Below, in pieces: positions 28,365 to 37,522 of a stretch of 64,000 bases of DNA; the stretch's first letter is position 1; every line of letters begins with the position of its first letter. The notes beneath the pieces were generated by a model that saw nothing but the letters and a program-made list of their open reading frames with translations, made no database searches and was not told where the DNA came from. The stretch is taken from the NCBI GenBank assembly GCA_947630285.1, contig CANRHD010000006.1, positions 23,813 through 87,812 on the forward strand. The letters are read 5' to 3'. The position numbers were made by a program, and so were the translations under genes. This DNA is from an uncultured Clostridia bacterium. Lineage in GTDB: Bacteria; Bacillota; Clostridia; Oscillospirales; Acutalibacteraceae.

Positions 28365-29583
28365 AGCATTTTGTAATTTCCGCCGTTCCCCTGACTATAT
28401 CCTCCGCAAAAGCACGGCAGTTCGGCGAACCGCAGGCGCCGCAGTCGATACCGGGCAGAGTGTCCCTTATCTTCTGAATTTCGGACATCATACGCATGGA
28501 CTCGCTGAAATTTTCGCTGAGCCTTGAAATAGGTCTGTATTTCGGAAGCTCGTTTGAGCAGAAATTATCGGGTATATAGTGCATATCGGCAGGAAGCCTG
28601 TTAAGAGATACGGGCAGATACCTTCTTACCGACTGCAAACGGGTTCTTGCTATATACGGGTTTTCTATCGTCATAACGCCGCCTACACAGCCGCCCGGAC
28701 AGGCGTTGAGTTCGACAAATTCAAGCTGAGGAATATTGCCGTTCTCAATGGCGTCAAGAACCTTGTTTATGTTTTCAATTCCGTCGGCGGCAAGATATTT
28801 ATCGTTGAGTATTGCGGAGGCCTCTCCTCCGCTGGAAGCCCAGCCTATGCCGATCATACCTGCGTTTGACGAAACCTTTGGCGAGGTTCCCCTTTTCATT
28901 ACGCCCATAAGCATAAAGTAAATATCCTTGAGCGAAACGACAACATCAATTTTGCTCTTATAATCTCCGAAGCCGTTTCTGATATAGCTTACCTTGGCGG
29001 CGCACGGCGAAATGAAGAAAATTCCTATATCGCCGTCGGCAAATTCGGGGTGCTCCTCCTTCGCCTTTTTCCTTGCAAGCATTGCCGCAATTTCAATGGG
29101 CGGCAAAATGGGCATTATGTTATCCCTCAAATACGGGTATCTCAGCGAAATGAGCCTTACCACCGCAGGACACGCCGAGCTTATTACCGGCTTTTTTATG
29201 CCCTCGGTTTTAAGATAAAGCCTTGTATATTCGGTTACAAGCTCCGCCGCACTTGCAACCTCAAAAACATCGTCAAAGCCTATGTCAAGCAGTCCCTGCA
29301 AAACCATATCGACATCTTCGAGGCCGTCAAACTGGCCGAAAAGAGCCGGAGCCGGAAGCGCTATCTTCCATTTATAGTGCTGATAATGCTCAAACTTACT
29401 GCTCATCGCCCTTTTGGCGTTGTTGGGACAAACCCTTATACATTCGCCACAGTCTATACAGCGCTCTTCGTTAATGACGGCATGGCCGTTTCTAATTCTT
29501 ATGGCTTCTGTGGGGCAATGTCGTATGCAGGTGGTACAGCCTGTGCATTTGCTGACATCAAGCTCAACAGAATGTGCATACAT
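28315..29583 (-). CDS. HydS-like sensory [FeFe]-hydrogenase-domain Fe-S protein
   Basis: 2x[4Fe-4S] N-terminus. Degenerate H-cluster motifs 'SSACPAVV', 'ISPCAAK' and 'LNACPGGCVGG'. C-terminal Cys4 'CGACGSPNC'. Confidence 0.75.
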   Translation of the reverse strand: MYAHSVELDVSKCTGCTTCIRHCPTEAIRIRNGHAVINEERCIDCGECIRVCPNNAKRAMSSKFEHYQHYKWKIALPAPALFGQFDGLEDVDMVLQGLLDIGFDDVFEVASAAELVTEYTRLYLKTEGIKKPVISSACPAVVRLISLRYPYLRDNIMPILPPIEIAAMLARKKAKEEHPEFADGDIGIFFISPCAAKVSYIRNGFGDYKSKIDVVVSLKDIYFMLMGVMKRGTSPKVSSNAGMIGIGWASSGGEASAILNDKYLAADGIENINKVLDAIENGNIPQLEFVELNACPGGCVGGVMTIENPYIARTRLQSVRRYLPVSLNRLPADMHYIPDNFCSNELPKYRPISRLSENFSESMRMMSEIQKIRDTLPGIDCGACGSPNCRAFAEDIVRGTAEITKCCVLENAGKTGETDDGK

Positions 29584-29604
29584 ATTAATTCCCCCTAAAA
29601 GTTT

Positions 29605-30033
29605 TTATCGGTTGAGATATACGGTCATTTTTATCGTGGTACCCACGCCGACGGTGGAGTCAATAGTCATTTCGTCCATATATCTTTTCATATTCGGAAG
29701 CCCCATTCCAGCACCGAAGCCGAGCGAACGCACGCTGTCGGGGGCTGTTGAATATCCCTCCTGCATGGCAAGCTCAATATCGGCAATTCCGGGACCGTGG
29801 TCTGCGAGAATAATCTCTATCTTATCCTCGCTGACAATAACATCGGCCTTGCCTCCGCCGGCATGAATTACCATATTGATTTCGCCCTCATACATGGCTA
29901 TTGAAACCTGCCTGATAATCTCCGGCGCAATACCGAGGCGTCTTAAATTCTTTTTTACCTGAACCGACGCCTGACCTGCGGAGGTAAAATCCTCGCCGTC
30001 AACATCGTAATGAAAAGTCAAAGATTCACTCAT
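29605..30033 (-). CDS. RsbW/SpoIIAB-like Ser/Thr kinase (GHKL)
   Basis: 142 aa with 'HAGGG...DHGPGI...GFGAGMGLPNM'. Confidence 0.7.
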   Translation of the reverse strand: MSESLTFHYDVDGEDFTSAGQASVQVKKNLRRLGIAPEIIRQVSIAMYEGEINMVIHAGGGKADVIVSEDKIEIILADHGPGIADIELAMQEGYSTAPDSVRSLGFGAGMGLPNMKRYMDEMTIDSTVGVGTTIKMTVYLNR

Positions 30034-30385
30034 GCTTCACCGTGCCGTTTCCGACAAGGCCGTTTACATATAACTTTCCGCAAGCTTCGTAAAGGCGCAT
30101 GTCTGTAGTGAGAACCGCCATGCCGTGATCTCTGGCAAGGTCAATCATTTCCTGTGTGGGCTGTTTTGACCTGACAAAAACAATGCAAACCATATCCATC
30201 ATCTCGGCAGTTCTGATAACCTGTGAATTTACAAGCCCCGTAAGCAGGACGGCCTGGTCCTTGACATAAGCGAGCACATCGCTCATCATATCGCTTCCGC
30301 AGGCTGAAAACACATCGTCGTCGAGCATATCTTCACCGCAAACAATTTTTGCATCAAGTAAATCTCTGATAGTGCTGATTTTCAT
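30026..30385 (-). CDS. DRTGG-domain protein
   Basis: 119 aa with 'GSDMMSDVLAY...VLLTGL'. Confidence 0.6.
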   Translation of the reverse strand: MKISTIRDLLDAKIVCGEDMLDDDVFSACGSDMMSDVLAYVKDQAVLLTGLVNSQVIRTAEMMDMVCIVFVRSKQPTQEMIDLARDHGMAVLTTDMRLYEACGKLYVNGLVGNGTVKHE

Positions 30386-30430
30386 AGCGATAAAACCCTT
30401 TCGTTTTTCCGAAAAATCATTGAGCTTAAA

Positions 30431-30925
30431 TCAATTATATTTAGCGAGTATATCGGGAATTTCATCGGGGACAAGCCTGCCGTAAACATCGTCGTTTACA
30501 GTCATAACGGGAGCAAGTCCGCAAGCGCCTATACAGCGGCACTCCTCAATAGAGAATTTGCCGTCCATGGTACATTCGCCGGCTCCGATTTCAAGGCTCT
30601 CCTCAACCTTGTCGAGAATTTGCTGTGAGCCCTTGACATAGCAGGCTGTACCGAGGCAAACCGAGACATTGTACTTTCCCTTGGGCGAAAGGGCAAACTG
30701 AGCGTAGAATGTGGATACGCCGTAAACCTTTTCAAGCGGAACGCCCATACCCTCCGCTATCATAATCTGAACCTCTATGGGAAGATAACCGTAAATACCC
30801 TGAGCCTCCTGCATAACATGCATAAGCATACTTTTGTCGCCCTTGCACTCTGCAATTACCGCCTTGAGATTTGCTTCCTGTTCGGTAGTTCCTCTAAAAG
30901 GAAGATTGCTGATTTTTTTAAGCAT
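30431..30925 (-). CDS. hydC: NuoE-like [2Fe-2S] subunit of bifurcating hydrogenase (HydC/HndA)
   Basis: 'VCLGTACYVKG...CRCIGACGLAP' NuoE 2Fe-2S motif. Confidence 0.88.
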   Translation of the reverse strand: MLKKISNLPFRGTTEQEANLKAVIAECKGDKSMLMHVMQEAQGIYGYLPIEVQIMIAEGMGVPLEKVYGVSTFYAQFALSPKGKYNVSVCLGTACYVKGSQQILDKVEESLEIGAGECTMDGKFSIEECRCIGACGLAPVMTVNDDVYGRLVPDEIPDILAKYN

Positions 30926-30990
30926 TTATATATTTCCTCCTTAAATAATTTACAACTTGTAATTTACCGCAGGCCATAACCTGCTCATTT

Positions 30991-31026
30991 TATATGTTTA
31001 TACAACATATATACAGGATTATATCA
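30991..31026 (-). promoter_or_regulatory. extended -10 promoter (TGATATAAT) followed by the perfect palindrome TATATGTT-N5-AACATATA
   Basis: Read on the minus strand upstream of hydC. The palindrome (30991..31011) lies just downstream of the -10 (31018..31026). Confidence 0.4.
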
Positions 31027-31144
31027 CCTAAACAAATAAAAATCCATATTTTTTTGAAGATTTGCAACAATTTTCGTTATTTTTTTCACAAAATACGAAA
31101 ATTTCAAAAAAACTGTGAAAAAGCATATGCAAAAAGCATAAAAA

Positions 31145-32443
31145 CTACAGTAAAATTTCCGCAATTTTCTTAATATCGGGTTCTATGTTTTCCGCATTGA
31201 CGGCGGAAACGGAAAACGCTATGCCGAGCTTCCCGTCCTTTTCCTCTACGGGTATTATTCTTATAGGCTCCAGCCGGTTTTTAAGCCTTTCGACAAGCTC
31301 GTTTAATGTTGTGCCGCTTTTTATCGTACAGCGCACATAAAGAGGAGTCGCCGTCCTTTCGATTTCCGCCCTGTCCCCGAAACAGCTTATAACTGCGTCC
31401 GTAAGAAGCTTTGACTTTTGCGTATAAAGCTTCCTCGCCTTTTTTATCTGTGAGGAGAGCCTGCCGTCATATATATAGTTTTTAAGCGCTATCTGGTCGG
31501 GTATAGAAACGGTCTGATTGTATAAATCCCCTATCAGGGCGTATTTTTGCGTGAGCGCAGGCGGCAAAATCATATAGCTTATGCGAAGCGACGGGAGCAA
31601 AAGCTTTGAAAAAGTGCCGAGGTAGACAACATTTTCGCTGTCAAGGCTTTGCAGAGACGGCGTCGGGCGGTTAAGGTCCCTGAATTCGCTGTCGTAATCG
31701 TCCTCAATAATCAGCTTGCCGTTTTTTCGGGCGTATTGAACAAGGCTGTGGCGGCGGTTTATGGAGATAATATCGCCCCTCTTTGCCGCATGCGAGGGTG
31801 AAATATAAAGTATGGAGGCGCCGCCGGCGTCGTCGGTGATTTTATATCCCCTGTCTTTAAATACCGCTATGCCCTGCCTGTATGCGGTATCGTTAAAGTA
31901 TATGCTCTTTTCTCTGCCGTCTGTCAGGGCGCACAGAATATTTAAAAGGGTCTGAACGCCTGCGCCTATTACTATGTTAGATTCGTCGCAAACGCAGTTT
32001 CTGGTGGAGCTTGTGTAATTTGCAATCTGCTCCCTGAGTTCCCTTTCGCCCTGCGGAATACCGTAATCCTTGAGCCTGTCGGCATGCTTGAGCGCATTTT
32101 TCACATACCTTGTCCACAGGCTCAGGTCGAACACCGTTGAGTCTACGCCCGTGGAGGCATAATCGGATACAAAGCCTGCGCTTTCCTCCCTTTTGACCGC
32201 CTTGCTTTCCTCCCTCTGCCTGCCCGTGTATGACACATAGTATCCGCTTTGGCTTTTCGGCAAAAGATAACCGTCGTCGCACAAATTAATATACGCCTGC
32301 TCGACCGTGGTTTTGCTTACCTGCCGGATTTGCGCACAGCGCCTTATTGACGGAAGCTTTGCACCCTGCGGAAGCTTGCCCGTTTCTATAAGCTCTTTGT
32401 AAAAAAAATAAATTTTTTCATAAAGGAAACCGTCGCTTTTCAT
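31145..32443 (-). CDS. MocR/GntR-family PLP-dependent regulator (PdxR-like)
   Basis: N-terminal wHTH ('LPSIRRCAQIRQVSKTTVEQAY') plus an aminotransferase-fold domain. Divergent from pdxK. Confidence 0.8.
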   Translation of the reverse strand: MKSDGFLYEKIYFFYKELIETGKLPQGAKLPSIRRCAQIRQVSKTTVEQAYINLCDDGYLLPKSQSGYYVSYTGRQREESKAVKREESAGFVSDYASTGVDSTVFDLSLWTRYVKNALKHADRLKDYGIPQGERELREQIANYTSSTRNCVCDESNIVIGAGVQTLLNILCALTDGREKSIYFNDTAYRQGIAVFKDRGYKITDDAGGASILYISPSHAAKRGDIISINRRHSLVQYARKNGKLIIEDDYDSEFRDLNRPTPSLQSLDSENVVYLGTFSKLLLPSLRISYMILPPALTQKYALIGDLYNQTVSIPDQIALKNYIYDGRLSSQIKKARKLYTQKSKLLTDAVISCFGDRAEIERTATPLYVRCTIKSGTTLNELVERLKNRLEPIRIIPVEEKDGKLGIAFSVSAVNAENIEPDIKKIAEILL

Positions 32444-32551
32444 AACTGACCTCTGTTTTTTTATTAAAACTGTCTATTTATTTAGTGACAGTTCGGTAGT
32501 ATTATATATCAAGACAAAAGCTTTTGCAATAGTAAATATTGGGGTGATGCA

Positions 32552-33397
32552 ATGAAAAGGATAGCCGTAATCAATGATTTATCGGGCTTCGGGCGATGTT
32601 CGCTTACGGCGGCTTTGCCGATTATTTCCGCTCTCGGTGCGGAATGTTGTCCCCTGCCTACGGCCGTACTGTCAAACCAAACGGGGTACAATTCCTATTT
32701 CTGCGTTGACCTGACCGACTCTCTTGAGGCTTACATAAGGGAATGGAAAAAGCTCGGTTACAAATTTGACGCAATTTTAACGGGCTTTATCACCTCGGCG
32801 AAACAGGCACAAATCATTTCAAATTTTATTGACGAATTTAAAACGGACAAAACAAAGCTTATCGTTGACCCCGTGATGGCGGACGACGGAAAAATTTACG
32901 GTTCCTACTCTCGGGAGCTTTGCGAATGCACGGCGCAAATAGCGAAGAGGGCCGATATAATTACGCCCAATCTGTCGGAGCTTTGCATACTTGCCGGCAC
33001 CGGGTACGAAGAAATCGTCGGGCATAAGGACGGCGACGGATATATAGAGCTTATTTCCGATATTGCCGCCGGGCTTTTGAGCGAAAATTTAAAAGCCGTT
33101 ACGGTTACGGGAGTTATTTACCGTGGGCATATTTATAATATTATTGTTGAAAAGGAAAAAGTATGTACGGTAAAATCCGAAATATACAGCGGAAGCTTTT
33201 CGGGTACGGGCGATATTTTTTCAAGCATAATAGCCGCCGAAGCCGCAAACGGCAGGGAGCTTGTTCATTCGGTTGAGCTTGCGGCAAAATTCCTTGAAAT
33301 GTCGATTAAAAGCTCCTATTCCGAAAAGACCGACAGGAACGACGGAGTTAATTTTCAAAAATTTTTGGAGGCGCTTACAAATGAACAGTTCAAATAA
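32552..33397 (+). CDS. pdxK: pyridoxal/pyridoxamine kinase
   Basis: 'IAVINDLSGFGRCSLTAALPIISALG', 'DPVMADDGKIY' and 'GTGDIFSS' ribokinase-fold PdxK motifs. Confidence 0.85.
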   Translation: MKRIAVINDLSGFGRCSLTAALPIISALGAECCPLPTAVLSNQTGYNSYFCVDLTDSLEAYIREWKKLGYKFDAILTGFITSAKQAQIISNFIDEFKTDKTKLIVDPVMADDGKIYGSYSRELCECTAQIAKRADIITPNLSELCILAGTGYEEIVGHKDGDGYIELISDIAAGLLSENLKAVTVTGVIYRGHIYNIIVEKEKVCTVKSEIYSGSFSGTGDIFSSIIAAEAANGRELVHSVELAAKFLEMSIKSSYSEKTDRNDGVNFQKFLEALTNEQFK

Positions 33398-33926
33398 GAC
33401 GAGAAAAATATATTTGTTAATCTCCACAGCCCTGTGCTGTGCGATTATCACGGTAATGACCGCCGTGGTAAAAATCAATTTGCCGGTAAATCAGGAATAT
33501 ATGCACCTCGGCGACAGTATGGTTTACCTGTCCGCCTGTATTCTGCCCATGCCCTATTCCCTTATCGCCGCCGCAGTCGGCGCAGGGCTTGCCGATATAT
33601 TTACCGGAGCGGCAATATGGGCGCCGTTTACGGCTGTTATAAAAATCCTGAACGCCCTGCCCTTTTCGCTGATGTACAGCCTCAATATCGTAAAAGACCA
33701 AAACAGGCTTTTAAACAAGGCCGTTGCGCCAATGCCGATACTTTCGGGCATTATTACGATTGTCGGCTACTGCATTTCCGGCGGAATACTTTTTTCCTTT
33801 GCCTATTCCGTTACGGTCATACCCTCAAGCATTATACAGGCCGTCGGCAACGCTATAGTATATTATATTGCGGCCGCCGCGCTTGATAAAATAGAATTTA
33901 AAAAAAGAATTTTCAGTAAAATCTAA
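33381..33926 (+). CDS. membrane protein, probable ECF-transporter S component (vitamin B6-related by context)
   Basis: 181 aa with about 5 TM helices. The ATG at 33381 overlaps the pdxK end by 17 nt. Confidence 0.5.
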   Translation: MNSSNKTRKIYLLISTALCCAIITVMTAVVKINLPVNQEYMHLGDSMVYLSACILPMPYSLIAAAVGAGLADIFTGAAIWAPFTAVIKILNALPFSLMYSLNIVKDQNRLLNKAVAPMPILSGIITIVGYCISGGILFSFAYSVTVIPSSIIQAVGNAIVYYIAAAALDKIEFKKRIFSKI

Positions 33927-33936
33927 GGAGAAGTAT

Positions 33937-34548
33937 ATGGCAAGTATAGTTTACACTTATGAAAATCATGTGTATCTCAACATCACAAACGCCTGTCCGT
34001 GCAAATGCGAATTCTGCATAAGAAACAACGGCGACGCAATAGGCGACGCAAGCACCCTTTGGTTTGAGGGACACAGTCCGTCGTTTGACGAAATCAAGGG
34101 CGAAATTGACGCCTTTGACTTTTCGGACTGCTCGGGGGAAATTGTTTTTTGCGGCTACGGCGAACCCACCTGCGCCTATGATAACCTTATCAAAACCGCA
34201 AAATATCTTAAAGAAAAGCTCCCCGGCTGTAAGCTTCGGCTCAACACAAACGGCCTTTCGGATTTAATAAACAAAAAGCCCACCGCACAGGAAATTTGCG
34301 GCGTTATCGACAGCCTGTCAATCTCTCTCAACGCCCCGACAGGCGAAAAGTATGAGGCTCTGTGCCACCCGTCCTTTAAGGAAAAGACCTATCCGGCTAT
34401 TTTAAAATTCGCAAAGGAATGTAAAGACCTGAACGCAAATGTCAAATTTACCGTTGTAGATGTTATCCCGAAAGAGGATATAGAGGAATGTAAAAAAATA
34501 TCCGAAAGCATGGGAATACCGCTTCGTGTAAGGACATATGAAGCGTAA
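33937..34548 (+). CDS. small radical SAM protein
   Basis: 'NACPCKCEFCIRN' CX3CX2C cluster. Confidence 0.7.
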   Translation: MASIVYTYENHVYLNITNACPCKCEFCIRNNGDAIGDASTLWFEGHSPSFDEIKGEIDAFDFSDCSGEIVFCGYGEPTCAYDNLIKTAKYLKEKLPGCKLRLNTNGLSDLINKKPTAQEICGVIDSLSISLNAPTGEKYEALCHPSFKEKTYPAILKFAKECKDLNANVKFTVVDVIPKEDIEECKKISESMGIPLRVRTYEA

Positions 34549-34701
34549 TTTACGATTTGCAATTAAGATTACAGAGCGGCGCAACCGTCGGTTGACAATT
34601 TTCCAACCGCCGTTTGGTGGAACGCAACCGCAAAAAACGCTATGATTTTCTCAGCGGTCGGAGAATAAGACCGCCGACAAATTCATGCGGAGGAAAGAAA
34701 A

Positions 34702-35685
34702 ATGATCTTAGCGGACAAAATAGCGAATTTAAGAAAAAAGAACGGCTGGTCGCAGGAGGAGCTTGCGGAGAAAATGCAGGTATCCCGACAGGCGGTCTCC
34801 AAATGGGAGGGTGCGCAGACCGTGCCGGATTTGGAGAAAATTTTAGCGCTCAGCCGTCTGTTCGGCGTCACGACGGATTATCTGTTAAAGGACGAGCTTG
34901 AGGACGAAGAATTTACGGACGATACTGACCGTGCGCCTGTAAAACGGGTTTCTCTCGCCCTTGCAAACGAATTTTTGGAGTGGAGAAAAAAGGCGGCAAA
35001 ACGCATTGCCGCAGGCGCTTTTCTGTGTGTCATCGCCGTAATTCCGCTGTTGCTTTTGGCGGCGGCAACGACAGTGCCGGAATACTCCGTTTCCGAAAAT
35101 TTTGCCGCCGGCGCAGGGCTTGCCGTGTTATTTTTGTTTGTCGCCGCCGCCGTTGCGATTTTCGTCTCCTGCGGACTAAAAAACACCCCGTTCGAGTTTA
35201 TCGGCACAGAGCCGTTTGAAACGGAGTACGGAGTGGACGGCATGGTAAAGGAAAAGCAAAAAGCTTATCGGCCGGCTTATGTAAAAAGCAATATCATCGC
35301 CGCCTGTCTGTGCGTTCTCTCGCCCATTCCGCTTTTTATAGGTTTAGTTACTCAAAAAGAGTTTTTCGTGGTGGTTATGTTGACCGTTACCCTGCTCTTG
35401 GCCGGGCTTGGAGCCTCCCTTTTTGTCCTTTCAGGTGTTCGCCGTGCGAGTATGCAGAAGCTTCTTAAAGAGGGCGAATATGCCCTGCGAGATCAGAAAA
35501 AGCTCCGCATCAAAAAAACCGTATCCACGGTCTACTGGCTGAGCGCCACCGCCGTATATCTCGGCTGGAGCTTTTTGACGGACGATTGGGATATTACATG
35601 GGCTGTCTGGCCCGTCGCAGGCGTTTTGTTCAGCGCAGTTATGTGCCTTTGCAATCTGTTCATAAACCGTGATACCGAACGGTAA
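34702..35685 (+). CDS. XRE-family HTH regulator fused to a multi-TM domain
   Basis: 'LRKKNGWSQEELAEKMQVSRQAVSKWE' followed by about 6 TM helices. Confidence 0.75.
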   Translation: MILADKIANLRKKNGWSQEELAEKMQVSRQAVSKWEGAQTVPDLEKILALSRLFGVTTDYLLKDELEDEEFTDDTDRAPVKRVSLALANEFLEWRKKAAKRIAAGAFLCVIAVIPLLLLAAATTVPEYSVSENFAAGAGLAVLFLFVAAAVAIFVSCGLKNTPFEFIGTEPFETEYGVDGMVKEKQKAYRPAYVKSNIIAACLCVLSPIPLFIGLVTQKEFFVVVMLTVTLLLAGLGASLFVLSGVRRASMQKLLKEGEYALRDQKKLRIKKTVSTVYWLSATAVYLGWSFLTDDWDITWAVWPVAGVLFSAVMCLCNLFINRDTER

Positions 35686-35789
35686 ATAGGGGCTCAACCT
35701 CCGGTAGAAATGCCGAAAATCAACTGTCGGTTCGTGTTTTTCCGCTCCCGTTTCGGTTATACTGTAGCCATGAAAGGAGGCGGCCCGAT

Positions 35790-36404
35790 ATGGATCAAAT
35801 CAAAGTCGGCAAATTCATAGCCTTGTGCAGAAAAGAACAGGGCATGACCCAGTCCGCCCTTGCCGAAAAGCTCGGTATCAGCGACCGTGCGGTTTCAAAA
35901 TGGGAGACGGGAAAATCCATGCCCGATTCGGGAATTATGCTGGAGTTATGCGATTATTTGAAAATAAATGTCAACGAACTCCTGTCGGGCGAAAAAATCA
36001 TGGCAAAATCTTATGACAAACGGGCGGAGGAAAATCTTTTGGCAATGAAGCGTGAGCTCGAAGAAAAGAACCGGCAGATGCTGAGGACGGAATACCTGAT
36101 TACCTTTCCGGCGGTTCTTGCCGGGCTTGTTTTGGTGTTTGTGGCTTGCTATGTTTCAATGCCGATGTGGCTTCGTATTGCGCTTCTCGCATTTGCTCTT
36201 GTGATGATTTTTGCGGTAGCTTTTATCGCCGTCGGCATTGAGCAGAAGGCCGGATATTATGAATGCCGAAACTGCGGCCACCGGTATGTGCCGACCTATT
36301 GGCAGGTAAATCTTGCGCCGCATTTTGGCAGAACAAGATATATGAAATGCCCGAAATGCGGCAAGCGAACCCGGCAGAGAAAAGTACTTACAAGGAAAGA
36401 TTAA
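35790..36404 (+). CDS. XRE-family HTH regulator with 2 TM helices and a C-terminal zinc ribbon
   Basis: 'LCRKEQGMTQSALAEKLGISDRAVSKWE' and 'CRNCGH...CPKCG'. Confidence 0.75.
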   Translation: MDQIKVGKFIALCRKEQGMTQSALAEKLGISDRAVSKWETGKSMPDSGIMLELCDYLKINVNELLSGEKIMAKSYDKRAEENLLAMKRELEEKNRQMLRTEYLITFPAVLAGLVLVFVACYVSMPMWLRIALLAFALVMIFAVAFIAVGIEQKAGYYECRNCGHRYVPTYWQVNLAPHFGRTRYMKCPKCGKRTRQRKVLTRKD

Positions 36405-36486
36405 AAATATTCCCCTGACGGGTAAATTGCCTTTAAAAAGGCGACAGAAAATTTTAATTTTTTAAACAGTTTTCAGGCAAGCTTAA

Positions 36487-36512
36487 CGCCGCAGACCGAA
36501 CGGTCTGCGGCG
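36487..36512. terminator. bidirectional hairpin terminator
   Basis: CGCCGCAGACCG/CGGTCTGCGGCG perfect stem between convergent genes. Confidence 0.6.
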
Positions 36513-36517
36513 CTTGT

Positions 36518-37438
36518 TTATTCCTGTATTGAATTTAAGTCGTAAGGCGTTTTTTGATACACAAAATAATTGAGCCAGTTTTGGAACAACAGGCTTCCGG
36601 CGCCCCTCCAGGTAAGCCTCGGAACCTTTTTCGGGTCGTCGTCGGGGAAATAGTTATAGGGGATTTTTATATCAAGCCCCTTTCCCTTATCTCTGAAATA
36701 CTCCTTTGCAAGGGTGTCAAAATCATATTCGGAATGACCCGTGCAATAGAAATTTCTGCACGCCATATCGGAAATGAGATGCACGCCGGCCATTTCGGAA
36801 TAGGACAAAATCTGCAAATCCTTTACCTTTACTATATCCTCTTTTCTGGTTTCGGTATGCCTTGAATGAGGAACATAAAAGACATCGGAAAAGCCCCTTA
36901 ACAGCGGATGGTACAAATCAAGCGGACGGTGTTCAAAAATCCCGAACATCTTTTCGGGCAGAATGTGCTTTTTTATCCCGTATCTGTAGTAAAGCGCCGC
37001 CTGCGCCCCCCAACATATATTGTATGTAGAATAAACATTCGTCCTCGCCCAATCAAATATGGAGCAAAGCTCGTCCCAATAATCGACCTGCTCAAACTCA
37101 AGCATCTCCACGGGCGCTCCCGTAACTATAAGGCCGTCAAATTTTCTGTTCTTTACATCGTCAAAGGTCTTGTAGAACTTCAGCATATGCTCCTGCGAAA
37201 CATTCTTTGCAACATGGGAGGTTACCTGCAAAAGCTCAACATCTACCTGGAGCGGAGTGTTGCTCAAAAGCCTTAAAATCTGCGTTTCGGTTTCGATTTT
37301 AGTGGGCATTAAATTAAGTATGAGAATTTTAAGCGGACGAATGTCCTGCTTCATGGCCCGGGTTTCGGTCATAACGAAAATATTTTCAAGCTCAAGCGAG
37401 TGGTGGGCCGGCAACTGATTGTCAATTTTAATGGGCAT
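36518..37438 (-). CDS. metA: homoserine O-acyltransferase (MetA family)
   Basis: 'MPIKI...[19 protein letters not shown]...PLQV' MetA N-terminus, 306 aa. Confidence 0.9.
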   Translation of the reverse strand: MPIKIDNQLPAHHSLELENIFVMTETRAMKQDIRPLKILILNLMPTKIETETQILRLLSNTPLQVDVELLQVTSHVAKNVSQEHMLKFYKTFDDVKNRKFDGLIVTGAPVEMLEFEQVDYWDELCSIFDWARTNVYSTYNICWGAQAALYYRYGIKKHILPEKMFGIFEHRPLDLYHPLLRGFSDVFYVPHSRHTETRKEDIVKVKDLQILSYSEMAGVHLISDMACRNFYCTGHSEYDFDTLAKEYFRDKGKGLDIKIPYNYFPDDDPKKVPRLTWRGAGSLLFQNWLNYFVYQKTPYDLNSIQE

Positions 37439-37522
37439 TCGTTTACGCTCCTTTCATAAAATTCATATTATTTTATCACATTTGTTTTGAATATGCAAAT
37501 TGTAACGGTTAATTTTTACACT

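Noticed and set aside
31086-31119. Rex operator upstream of the hydrogenase operon.
   Set aside because: TTCACAA and TGTGAAA are present but in the reverse order and 20 nt apart, not the TTGTGAA-N6-TTCACAA arrangement.
37439-37522. SAM or T-box riboswitch upstream of metA.
   Set aside because: Only 84 nt of AT-rich spacer is available, with no recognisable conserved riboswitch helices.
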